A program made the position numbers and the translations under genes. A DNA stretch of 63,389 nucleotides, the filler included, from Licmophora abbreviata (lineage: Eukaryota), in assembly GCA_900291995.1 (NCBI GenBank). It is 20 parts of 20 records of this genome, joined end to end, with 100 filler letters (N's around TTAATTAATTAA, not from the genome) between each part and the next. Parts side by side here need not be neighbours in the genome. Positions count along the whole stretch, not along the records: positions 32,472 to 33,957 come from OLMU01002900.1; positions 34,058 to 35,253 come from OLMU01002901.1; positions 35,354 to 38,703 come from OLMU01002902.1; positions 38,804 to 40,960 come from OLMU01002903.1; positions 41,061 to 44,589 come from OLMU01002904.1; 15 more parts are not named here. One strand, given 5' to 3'. Shown here one piece after another: positions 33,256 to 41,838 of the stretch. Numbering within the stretch: position 1 is the stretch's first letter; each line of letters starts with the position of its first letter. The notes under the pieces were generated by a model. The model was given only the letters and a program-made list of their open reading frames with translations. It had not been told where the DNA came from and searched no databases.

Positions 33256-33957
33256 TCATGCCGACCCGGCCCGCTCCAGCACCTCCTCGACCGACCTTTC
33301 GATCAGCCTCAGGCAATCGGGATCGGAAAACCGGTGATCGGCCCCGTCCACCAGCGTGAGCCGCATATCCGGCCCTGTCGCGTGCTCCAGAAGCCGCAGC
33401 GCCACGCTCACCGCCACATCCTCATCCGCCGTGCCCTGCAGGAACCGCACCGCAAACGGCAGGGGCAGCGGATCGCGCAGCACCAGATGCGCGCGCCCAT
33501 CCTCGATCAGGCGTCGGGTGATGATATAAGGCTCGCCATAATCGCTCGGCAGCGCCACCTGCCCCTTGGCCGCAAGCTCTGCGCGCTGCTCCGCGTCGAA
33601 CCCCTCCCACATCGCGTCTTCCGTGAAATCTGGTGCCGCCGCGATCGTCACAAGCCCCGCAAGGCGCTCAGGCATCGCCCGCGCACACAAAAGCGCGATC
33701 CAGCCGCCCATGCTCGACCCCACCAGCACCTGCGGCCCGTCGGTCAGCTTGGTGATCGCCGCCATCGCATCCTCGGCCCAATCCCCGATACAGCCCTCGG
33801 TGAACGCGCCAGACGATTGGCCATGCCCGGAATAGTCGAACCTCAGGAACGCCCGGCCCGTGGCCTGCGCCCAGGCCTCCAGATGCACGGCCTTGGTGCC
33901 CTCCATGTCGGATTTGAACCCGCCCAGAAACACCACACCCGGCCCCTTGCCCGGCCC
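33256..33957 (-). CDS. Alpha/beta hydrolase, 5'-truncated
   Basis: GGFKSDMEGTKA, RFDYSGHG, GSSMGG, DHRFS. Confidence 0.9.
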   Translation of the reverse strand, partial: GPGKGPGVVFLGGFKSDMEGTKAVHLEAWAQATGRAFLRFDYSGHGQSSGAFTEGCIGDWAEDAMAAITKLTDGPQVLVGSSMGGWIALLCARAMPERLAGLVTIAAAPDFTEDAMWEGFDAEQRAELAAKGQVALPSDYGEPYIITRRLIEDGRAHLVLRDPLPLPFAVRFLQGTADEDVAVSVALRLLEHATGPDMRLTLVDGADHRFSDPDCLRLIERSVEEVLERAGSA

Positions 33958-34209
33958 NNNNNNNNNNNNNNNNNNNNNNNNNNNNNNNNNNNNNNNNNNN
34001 NTTAATTAATTAANNNNNNNNNNNNNNNNNNNNNNNNNNNNNNNNNNNNNNNNNNNNACTGCGGTGATACGCAAGCCTGCGCCCCTGCGGTGACGTGAAA
34101 TACTCGGTCTGCGTCATGTGCATCCTGCCCCTTGCTGCCTGTCGCGACGCAAAGGTGGACGAAACCGGGGGCCGGATGCAAGCCGCCTTACCGTGACGCA
34201 GTCACCCCG

Positions 34210-34398
34210 TCAGGCGATAGAGCCGACCCGCCGTTCGATCCTACGCAGCGACCATTCCGCTTCCGCCTGATCCTTCGGCGTGCCCCGAGCGGGCGCCTCC
34301 TCTGTCTGCGGGGATCTGTCCGCGATCTGCCGCGGAGAGGTTTTCGTCAGTTCCACATACTGCCGGAACAACCTGAAGTCCTTATCGTGACTGGCCAT
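34210..34398 (-). CDS. Small hypothetical protein
   Basis: Short ORF (MASHDKDFRLFRQY...) behind an AT-rich intergenic region; start uncertain. Confidence 0.45.
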   Translation of the reverse strand: MASHDKDFRLFRQYVELTKTSPRQIADRSPQTEEAPARGTPKDQAEAEWSLRRIERRVGSIA

Positions 34399-34524
34399 AT
34401 CGAACACCCAGAGCCTTTTTTGCTTCGCATCGACATCACGCGGCAGCGAACGTGTTACCCAATCGTTACAAAGTTGCTCGAATAAATAAAATATCTTTTT
34501 ATGTCAGACTGTTACAGTAAACAA

Positions 34525-34553
34525 TCGCACACCTTCGCACACCTTCGCACACC
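34525..34553. repeat. 10-bp tandem repeat (tcgcacacct, ~3 copies)
   Basis: tcgcacacct-tcgcacacct-tcgcacacc seen directly. Confidence 0.85.
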
Positions 34554-34588
34554 GGCGCATACCCCGGTCCACAGTGCAACCAGACAGC

Positions 34589-34617
34589 AAAAAACGGGGG
34601 CCGTTTCCGACCCCCGT
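34589..34617 (-). terminator. Intrinsic terminator
   Basis: Minus strand acggggg..cccccgtttttt. Confidence 0.75.
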
Positions 34618-34646
34618 CATCAAGACGTCTCGCGTGATCCGTCCCG

Positions 34647-34883
34647 TCAGCCGCTGATATAGGGCTGACTGCGCGGGCGGTAGAACACTTTCTGATTATG
34701 CAGGCGCCCCAGAAGCTCATGGATGCGGCGCACCGAGTGGTCGATCGCGTCGATCTGCTCGGGCTGCTCATCTGCGGGCGCGACCAGCTTTCCGGCCAGC
34801 TCGCTCTTGGTCTGGCGCAGGGCGGCTTCGATCAGTTCCATGTCCTCGACAGACAGTTCAAAATTCACGTTGTAACGCGCCAT
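34647..34883 (-). CDS. Small hypothetical protein (78 aa)
   Basis: MARYNVNFELSVEDMELIE...LLGRLHNQKVFYRP; host codon usage; followed by a terminator. Confidence 0.75.
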   Translation of the reverse strand: MARYNVNFELSVEDMELIEAALRQTKSELAGKLVAPADEQPEQIDAIDHSVRRIHELLGRLHNQKVFYRPRSQPYISG

Positions 34884-35142
34884 TCTGTATTCCCCGGTTC
34901 TGCGTGAGTCGGCAAAAGTTTCCGATAGTGGATAAACGGCAATATAGGGATCATTACCGACAAGGCCAGAGAAAATATCCATATCCGTCAAGAAGTTACG
35001 AATCCCACGGTATGCGCTTGCACACATATCCAGCGTGCCATTGCACACCGTCGCCGAAACCGCCATGCACGCCAATGACTTGGGCTTTCCAGACCGCTTG
35101 GCGCGGCCCGCGCGGCGCGGTATCCGGGCCGGATTTTGCGAT

Positions 35143-35222
35143 TTGTGTACAGGATGGACACAAAACCCGGCGCAAGCCCCCGGTTTCGTCCTGAACGCGT
35201 GTAGGTTTCGTACAAACCGTAC
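35143..35222 (+). repeat. Dispersed ~80-bp intergenic repeat, copy 1
   Basis: ttgtgtacaggatggacacaaa...gtcctgaacgcgtgtaggtttcgtacaaaccgtac is homologous to the reverse complement of 41220-41299. Confidence 0.85.
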
Positions 35223-35353
35223 ACATCGGCCCGGGCCGCGACGCGCTTGACTTNNNNNNNNNNNNNNNNNNNNNNNNNNNNNNNNNNNNNNNNNNNNTTA
35301 ATTAATTAANNNNNNNNNNNNNNNNNNNNNNNNNNNNNNNNNNNNNNNNNNNN

Positions 35354-36979
35354 GACTTCGACCGCAAGGAACCCTTCACACCCGAAGACCTTGGCGTGAT
35401 CGAAAAAAAGATGAAGGAAATCATCAACCTACGCGATTCCGTCCGCACCGAGATCTGGGACCGCGCCCGCGCCATCAAGCACTATGAGGACAGCGGCGAA
35501 CCCTTCAAGGTCGAACTGATCGAGGCCATTCCCGGCACCGAACCCCTGCGCATGTACTGGCACGGCCACTGGCAAGACCTCTGCCGCGGCCCCCACCTTC
35601 AGAACACCGGCCAAGTCCCTGCAGACGCTTTCAAATTGATGTCCGTGGCCGGCGCCTATTGGCGCGGCGACTCCAATCGCCAGATGTTGCAGCGCATCTA
35701 TGGCGTGGCCTTCCTCAATCGCGAAAAACTCAAGGATTACCTCACCTTCCTCGAAGAAGCTGAGAAACGGGACCACCGCAAGCTCGGTCGCGAGATGGAC
35801 CTCTTCCACATGCAGGAAGAAGCCCCCGGTCAGATCTTCTGGCACCCCAACGGCTGGACGATCTACACCACCCTGCAAGATTACATGCGCCGCCAACAAC
35901 GCCGCGGCGGCTATGTCGAGGTAAACACACCACAAGTTGTCGATCGCAAGCTTTGGGAAGCCTCGGGGCACTGGGACAAATATCAGGAACACATGTTCAT
36001 CGTCGAAGTCGACGAAGACCACGCCCGCGAGAAATCCATCAATGCTCTCAAGCCGATGAACTGCCCTTGCCATGTGCAGATCTTCAATCGCGGGCTGAAA
36101 TCCTACCGCGATCTGCCCTTGCGCATGGCGGAATTCGGCAGCTGCAACCGCTACGAACCCTCAGGCGCCTTGCACGGCATCATGCGGGTGCGCGGCTTCA
36201 CTCAGGATGACGCGCATATCTTCTGCCGCGAAGATCAGATCGAGGCGGAAACCAAGAAATTCATTGGGTTTTTGTCCGAAATCTACCGCGATCTCGGCTT
36301 TGCGGACTTCAAGGTAAAGTTTTCGGATCGCCCGGAAAAACGCGCCGGAAGCGATGACGTCTGGGACAAATCGGAAAGCGCCCTGAAGGCCGCAACAGCC
36401 GCCGCCGGAGCCGATTTCGAACTGAACCCCGGAGAAGGCGCATTTTATGGCCCGAAGCTGGAATTCGTGCTGACCGATGCAATCGGACGGGACTGGCAAT
36501 GCGGCACCCTGCAGGTGGATTTCGTGCTGCCCGAGCGGCTGGACGCCACCTATATCGCCGAGGACGGCGCCAAGCACCGACCGGTCATGCTGCACCGAGC
36601 CGTTCTTGGGAGTTTCGAGCGTTTCATCGGCATTCTGATCGAGGAACATGCCGGCAAGCTGCCCTTCTGGATGGCACCGCGCCAAGTTGTTGTGGCCTCA
36701 ATCGTATCCGAGGCGAACGCCTATGTTCAGGATGTGGTCGCCCGGCTAGTCGCCGCAGGCGTCCGGGCCGAAGCCGATATCCGCAACGAGAAGATCAATT
36801 ACAAGGTCCGTGAACATTCCGTCGGCAAGGTGCCCGTTATCCTGGCCTGCGGCATGAAGGAGGTCGAGGACGGCACGGTGTCGCTGCGCCGCCTAGGTGA
36901 GAAGCAGAGCACGGTTCAGCCTCTCGCGGATGTCACAGAGGCGTTGAAACGCGAGGCGACCCCCCCGGATCTTCTGTAA
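35354..36979 (+). CDS. thrS: Threonine-tRNA ligase, 5'-truncated
   Basis: [57 protein letters not shown]. Confidence 0.98.
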   Translation, partial: DFDRKEPFTPEDLGVIEKKMKEIINLRDSVRTEIWDRARAIKHYEDSGEPFKVELIEAIPGTEPLRMYWHGHWQDLCRGPHLQNTGQVPADAFKLMSVAGAYWRGDSNRQMLQRIYGVAFLNREKLKDYLTFLEEAEKRDHRKLGREMDLFHMQEEAPGQIFWHPNGWTIYTTLQDYMRRQQRRGGYVEVNTPQVVDRKLWEASGHWDKYQEHMFIVEVDEDHAREKSINALKPMNCPCHVQIFNRGLKSYRDLPLRMAEFGSCNRYEPSGALHGIMRVRGFTQDDAHIFCREDQIEAETKKFIGFLSEIYRDLGFADFKVKFSDRPEKRAGSDDVWDKSESALKAATAAAGADFELNPGEGAFYGPKLEFVLTDAIGRDWQCGTLQVDFVLPERLDATYIAEDGAKHRPVMLHRAVLGSFERFIGILIEEHAGKLPFWMAPRQVVVASIVSEANAYVQDVVARLVAAGVRAEADIRNEKINYKVREHSVGKVPVILACGMKEVEDGTVSLRRLGEKQSTVQPLADVTEALKREATPPDLL

Positions 36980-37229
36980 CAATCGCACGAATGGCCGGGC
37001 GAGACAGCGTCACAAACGATGACGCCCGGACAAAAAATCCAGAAAAATACCTTGTTTTCAATGGGCGGCCCCTAGCGGGCCGCTCACTTATTTTGACGCA
37101 TCCGTGTCTGACGTGCTCGTGAATGGTTGTGCGAGGCCAGATCAGCTTAACGTCAAATTGTCGCAGCGCTTGCATCGATCCGGTGCGCCGATGCCGCGAC
37201 ATGCCATGCAAACCTTAGGGAGACATGTA

Positions 37230-37532
37230 ATGTCGAAATCCATGAAGACACTTGCCATTGCCGGCGCCATGACCGCCGCTCTGGCTGCACACACCATACC
37301 TGCCGCTGCCGAAACCAAAGAGAAATGCTACGGCGTATCGCTTGCAGGCCAGAACGACTGCAAGGCCGGCGCCGGCACGACCTGCGCCGGAAGCTCGACG
37401 GCTGACTATCAGGGCAACGCCTGGACCCTCGTCGACAAGGGCACCTGCACCGAGATCGACCTGCCCGAGATGGCAGACGGCACCGAGCGCAAAGGGTCTC
37501 TGGAACCGCTGGAGCGCGATCTGCCCGCCTGA
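37230..37532 (+). CDS. bufA1: Bufferin-type (DUF2282/BufA1) RiPP precursor, periplasmic
   Basis: Signal peptide plus [22 protein letters not shown]...W..V.KGTC four-Cys pattern; RBS gggag; directly upstream of an MNIO gene. Confidence 0.9.
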   Translation: MSKSMKTLAIAGAMTAALAAHTIPAAAETKEKCYGVSLAGQNDCKAGAGTTCAGSSTADYQGNAWTLVDKGTCTEIDLPEMADGTERKGSLEPLERDLPA

Positions 37533-37546
37533 TCGGCACATCATGC

Positions 37547-37581
37547 AGGGATACGTGGGCGCACGCGCCCCGCGTATCCCT
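37547..37581 (+). terminator. Stem-loop between precursor and MNIO genes (attenuator or mRNA-stabilising hairpin)
   Basis: agggatacgtgggcgc / gcgccccgcgtatccct inverted repeat with no U-tract. Confidence 0.55.
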
Positions 37582-37610
37582 CAATTGCACGCACCAGACC
37601 GAGATCCGTC

Positions 37611-38468
37611 ATGCTTGATACCTCCGGCCACCCCATGCATCTGCCCACAGCCCCCGGCGTCGGCTACAAACCCCAGCATTTTCAATCCATCATGGATGAT
37701 CCCACCCCGGTAGCATGGCTTGAAATTCATGCCGAAAACTATATGGGCGATGGCGGCCGACCGCTGGCGCAACTCAGACATCTTGCCGAACGGTTTCCGA
37801 TCTCGGTGCATGGTGTCGGGCTGAGCATCGGCGGCGAGGCGCGGCTTGATCCCGAGCATCTTGCGCGGCTCAAGGCACTGTGCGGATGGCTGCAACCCGT
37901 CAGCTTTTCCGAACATCTGGCGTGGTCCACCCATGACAGCCACTTCATGAACGATCTCCTGCCGCTGCCTTATACCGCCACCACCCTTGGGCGGGTGACC
38001 GATCACATCGACGAGCTGCAAGAGGCGCTTGGCCACAGGATGCTTCTGGAAAACCCCTCGAGCTATCTCGCCTTTGCCGAAAGCACCTTCTCCGAGACGG
38101 ATTTCCTGACCGAGATCGCGCGCCACACCGGCTGTGGCCTGCTGCTGGATGTGAACAACGTGTTCGTTTCCGCCGTCAATCTTGCGCTTGACCCCCGGGC
38201 GTATATCGATGCGTTCCCCTTGGCGCATGTGGGCGAAATCCACCTCGGCGGCCATGACGAGGATAAGGACGACCACGGCGCACCGCTGCTGATCGACAGC
38301 CATGGGCGCGCGGTGGCCGATCCAGTTTGGGCGCTTCTGGACCATACCCTTCAAAGGTCAGGTCCACGCCCGCTTTTGATCGAATGGGACGCCAATGTGC
38401 CGGACTGGCCCGTGCTTGCGCAAGAGGCGCGCCGCGCCGCCCGCGCCCTTGAAAAGGTGGCGGCATGA
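37611..38468 (+). CDS. bufB: Multinuclear non-heme iron oxidase (MNIO, DUF692)
   Basis: [53 protein letters not shown]. Confidence 0.95.
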   Translation: MLDTSGHPMHLPTAPGVGYKPQHFQSIMDDPTPVAWLEIHAENYMGDGGRPLAQLRHLAERFPISVHGVGLSIGGEARLDPEHLARLKALCGWLQPVSFSEHLAWSTHDSHFMNDLLPLPYTATTLGRVTDHIDELQEALGHRMLLENPSSYLAFAESTFSETDFLTEIARHTGCGLLLDVNNVFVSAVNLALDPRAYIDAFPLAHVGEIHLGGHDEDKDDHGAPLLIDSHGRAVADPVWALLDHTLQRSGPRPLLIEWDANVPDWPVLAQEARRAARALEKVAA

Positions 38469-39358
38469 CGATCAGTCAAACAAGTTTTCACGATGCGCTT
38501 TTCGATCGCGCGACACCGGTGCCGATGGGCCTTCAGGATGGACAAGGCCGGCCCGCCGGGCGCCGGTTCAACATCTATCGCAATAACGTTGCGGTTTCCC
38601 TGACCGAGGCGCTGGAGCTTGGGTTTCCTGCGGTCAAATCGCTGATTGGCGACGCAAATTTCAGGAAAGTATCTGGCCTTTTCCTGCGCCAAACACCGCC
38701 ATCNNNNNNNNNNNNNNNNNNNNNNNNNNNNNNNNNNNNNNNNNNNNTTAATTAATTAANNNNNNNNNNNNNNNNNNNNNNNNNNNNNNNNNNNNNNNNN
38801 NNNAAAGTATCTGGCCTTTTCCTGCGCCAAACACCGCCATCGGCGCCCATGATGATGCTTTATGGCAAGGAATTTCCGGACTTCCTCGAGAGTTTCGCGC
38901 CCTTGTCGGATATCCGGTATCTGGGGGATGTCGCCCGCCTCGAGCAAGCGCAGCGCGAGACGTATCATGCCGCCGACGCACACGCCCTTGCCCCCGAGGC
39001 CCTGGCGCAGCTCCCGCCCGACACGCTGGCGCAGTCCCGGTTCCGCCTTGCCCCGGCGATACGGTTGATCCGCTCGGTCTGGCCCGTTCATGACATCTGG
39101 CGGTTCGCGATCATGGATGGCGCACCGAAACCCACTGCTCAGGCGCAAGATGTTATGGTCACGCGCCCAGAATATGATCCCGAGTTGCTTGTCCTGCCTC
39201 AGGGCGGGGCGGCTTTTGTCGCCGCAATTCTGGCGGGGGCCACACTCACCCAGGCCTGCGAGGCAGGCGAAATCGACGCAAAGGCTTTCGATCTTGCCGC
39301 AATGCTTGGCCTGCTGTTGCAGAGCGGCGCGATAATCGCCGTGGAACCCGAGGTTTGA
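38465..39358 (+). CDS. bufC: MNIO partner protein (DUF2063/HvfC-BufC like); linker inserted with a duplicated overlap
   Basis: [31 protein letters not shown]; a 38-nt overlap on both sides of the linker joins the halves. Confidence 0.88.
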
Positions 39359-39361
39359 GAG

Positions 39362-39910
39362 ATGACCATCAGCGCAGCCTACACCACCGTCACAGCCCCT
39401 CTGACCCGGTCGGACTGGCTTTTGTCAATCATGGCCAGATTTCTGTTTGCGGCACTTTTCCTGATGTATTTCTGGGTGTCCGGCCTGACCAAGCTCGGCG
39501 ATGGCGTGCTTGGGATCTTTTCGCCATCCGTCGGCGCCTATGCCCAGATCTTCCCCCGGGCGATGGAGGCCGTGGGGTATGACGCGAGCCAGTTGAGCCT
39601 GTTTCATACACTCGTCGTTCTAGCAGGAACCTGGGCCGAGTTCGTTCTTCCCCTGATGATCGTGATCGGTCTTCTGACCCGGCTGGCAGCCCTTGGGATG
39701 ATCGGTTTTGTCGTGGTGCAGACCTTCACCGACCTTTACGGGCATGGCGCGATCAGCGAGCCGGCGACGGTTGGCGCCTGGTTCGATAAGGCCCCGGATT
39801 CACTGATCCTGGATCAACGGGCTCTGTGGGTGTTCCTGTTGGTGACGCTTGTGGTGAAGGGGGCGGGGCCGTTGTCGCTGGACCGTGTTCTGTTTGGCGA
39901 CAGGGCATGA
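39362..39910 (+). CDS. DoxX family membrane protein (BufD-like)
   Basis: FWVSGLTK, EFVLP...GLLTRLAA, GAGPLSLD. Confidence 0.9.
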   Translation: MTISAAYTTVTAPLTRSDWLLSIMARFLFAALFLMYFWVSGLTKLGDGVLGIFSPSVGAYAQIFPRAMEAVGYDASQLSLFHTLVVLAGTWAEFVLPLMIVIGLLTRLAALGMIGFVVVQTFTDLYGHGAISEPATVGAWFDKAPDSLILDQRALWVFLLVTLVVKGAGPLSLDRVLFGDRA

Positions 39911-39952
39911 CCCGGGCCCGGCGCATGAGACGTGACGCGACCCGCAAAGGGT

Positions 39953-40267
39953 TCAGCCCAACAGCGCCTTTTGCACATCCCGGCCCCAGCCCAGATACAG
40001 CTTGCCATTGGCATCGATCAGGGGGCGCTTCATCAGGGTCGGATGATCTGCCAGCAATTCCAAGGGGTTGCGCTGACGCTCTACCTCATTTAGCTGACGC
40101 CATGTGGTCGAGCGGGTGTTGAGCAACGCCTCGCCGAAGGTGGCATGAGCGGATTTCAGCAGATCGACCGGCACACCTTCGTCCCGGACATCGACGAAGC
40201 GGGCATCCGCCAAGGATTTCAAAGCCTTGCGGCACGTATCGCAGGTTTTCAAGCCATACAGTATCAT
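39953..40267 (-). CDS. ArsC/Spx/YffB family thioredoxin-fold protein
   Basis: YGLKTCDTCRKA, LLN..STTWR, HPTLMKRPLI. Confidence 0.9.
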   Translation of the reverse strand: MILYGLKTCDTCRKALKSLADARFVDVRDEGVPVDLLKSAHATFGEALLNTRSTTWRQLNEVERQRNPLELLADHPTLMKRPLIDANGKLYLGWGRDVQKALLG

Positions 40268-40281
40268 CGCAACCCCCATGT

Positions 40282-40297
40282 TTAATGCCTGTTTAAC
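40282..40297 (+). promoter_or_regulatory. CtrA-box-like site
   Basis: TTAA-tgcctgt-TTAAC is an exact TTAA-N7-TTAAC match in the arsC-like/cspA divergent region. Confidence 0.55.
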
Positions 40298-40453
40298 GGG
40301 CATTTGATTCGAGGTCACGTGTGTTTTGCTTGCATTTTACATGACCCGTGTAATCATCTTCCGCGTGGCATTTGGTGTTGCTGTTGCGATTTTTTCCAAC
40401 GGTAGCAGGCAGATGCGGCGGGAAGATGAAGCGACTCAGCAAGGAGAGACGGA

Positions 40454-40660
40454 ATGCCCACAGGCACCGTTAAGTGGTTCAATACGACCAAGGGTTACGG
40501 GTTTATCGCACCGGATGAAGGCGGCAAGGACGTGTTCGTTCACATTTCGGCGGTCGAGAGATCGGGGCTCACGGGGCTCGCGGACAACCAGAAAGTTGGC
40601 TACGATTTGCAGGATGGCCGCGACGGCCGGCAAATGGCGACTGACCTCAAGCTATTGTAA
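40454..40660 (+). CDS. cspA: Cold-shock protein (CspA family)
   Basis: GTVKWFN..KGYGFI, DVFVHISA; RBS aaggag. Confidence 0.95.
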   Translation: MPTGTVKWFNTTKGYGFIAPDEGGKDVFVHISAVERSGLTGLADNQKVGYDLQDGRDGRQMATDLKLL

Positions 40661-40737
40661 TCCATAGCATTTCCGTCATGCTCAGGTGCGGCGGCGCCCA
40701 TCCAGCGCCGCCCGTTCCATGCTGTGCGATCACGCCG

Positions 40738-41123
40738 TCAGAAACAGCCCTTCACGCCTTCGGGGCAGGTGCGGGCCTGTTTCACCGTGCGGTGCGAATA
40801 ATGTTTGGCAACGGGATGGCGCTTGGCCTGCTGATAGGTCTGGTGCTGATTGGGCACGCCGCAGCAAACGGCGCCGGCGACAGACACCGGCTGCAACCCG
40901 GCGGGGCAGAAATTGTGTTTGGATTCAAAGGCATAGACCGGAGTTTGGGCCAATGCAGGGNNNNNNNNNNNNNNNNNNNNNNNNNNNNNNNNNNNNNNNN
41001 NNNNTTAATTAATTAANNNNNNNNNNNNNNNNNNNNNNNNNNNNNNNNNNNNNNNNNNNNTTGGGCCAATGCAGGGGCGGCCAGACAGGCAAGACCTGCG
41101 GCAAGGGTCAGGGACAGACGCAT
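40738..41123 (-). CDS. Small secreted Cys-rich protein (~89 aa once the linker is removed)
   Basis: Overlap ttgggccaatgcagggg on both sides of linker 40961-41060 joins signal peptide MRLSLTLAAGLACLAAPALA to QTPVYAF..NFCPAGLQP..CCG..CPEGVKGCF; RBS gagg. Confidence 0.78.
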
Positions 41124-41219
41124 GGGCACCTCGTTAACTGTTGATCGTGAACGGCTTTCTTGCAGGGTCAGCCTAGCCGCTGGTCAAGGATCGGTCAAAC
41201 CTTGCCTGCGCCCGCTTTG

Positions 41220-41299
41220 GTACGACCCGTACGAAACCGACACGCGTTCAGGACCAAATCCGAGGTCAAACCCGGAATTTGTGTCCATCCCGTACACAA
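41220..41299 (-). repeat. Dispersed ~80-bp intergenic repeat, copy 2 (inverted relative to copy 1)
   Basis: Reverse complement ttgtgtacgggatggacacaaa...gtcctgaacgcgtgtcggtttcgtacgggtcgtac. Confidence 0.85.
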
Positions 41300-41300
41300 C

Positions 41301-41717
41301 TCAGCCCGCGACCTGCCATCCGAGCGTCCGCGCCGCCATCACCCCGGCCCAGGCCGACACACCGGTCAGGACAGCACCCCATGTCACATCCGCGATCACC
41401 ATCCGCCACGACCAGCCGCGCAGGGTGGCGAGGTTGGTGAACTCGTAGGTGCCGTAGGCCAGCACCCCGAGGGCCGCGCCGGTCAGGAGGGCTGTGCCCG
41501 GCGCATCGGCGCGCAGCGCCGGGAGCGAGACGAACCACAACACGCCCGCGACATAGACGAGATAGAAGAGGGCCGCAGGCCCGAGGCGCAGCTCATCAGC
41601 CATCAGATCGCCGATATGGGACTCGAAGAGCGGCTTCATGATGGTCGACAACATAATCGCATCGAGGATCAGAAACACCCCGGCCGTCACGAGGTAGAGA
41701 AGGAGAAGATGCAGCAT
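41301..41717 (-). CDS. DUF2177-like membrane protein
   Basis: FLILDAI.L, AALFYLVY, GVLAYGTYEFTNLATL.GW...DVTWG. Confidence 0.88.
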   Translation of the reverse strand: MLHLLLLYLVTAGVFLILDAIMLSTIMKPLFESHIGDLMADELRLGPAALFYLVYVAGVLWFVSLPALRADAPGTALLTGAALGVLAYGTYEFTNLATLRGWSWRMVIADVTWGAVLTGVSAWAGVMAARTLGWQVAG

Positions 41718-41752
41718 GACGGCCCTTTCGGCGCTTGGGGTATTATTGGGGG

Positions 41753-41780
41753 ATACGGGCGCCGGGGGTGGGGTGGATCG
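41753..41780 (-). promoter_or_regulatory. Candidate RpoE(ChrR)-type ECF promoter for the DUF2177-like gene
   Basis: Minus strand cGATCC, 17 nt, CGTAT; close to the recalled TGATCC-N16-CGTA consensus, with spacing one base long. Confidence 0.4.
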
Positions 41781-41838
41781 GTTTTAGGGGTGGTGGGAAT
41801 GTCACTTCGAATAATCTCACCACAACAACTTTTAAAAA

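Noticed and set aside
38666..38841. Direct repeats flanking linkers (also 29497/29616 and 40944/41061) as target-site duplications
   Set aside because: They are unmerged contig overlaps; collapsing them restores single intact reading frames.
35143..41299. Composite transposon bounded by the inverted 80-bp repeats
   Set aside because: The enclosed DNA includes essential thrS and no transposase, and the copies are diverged.
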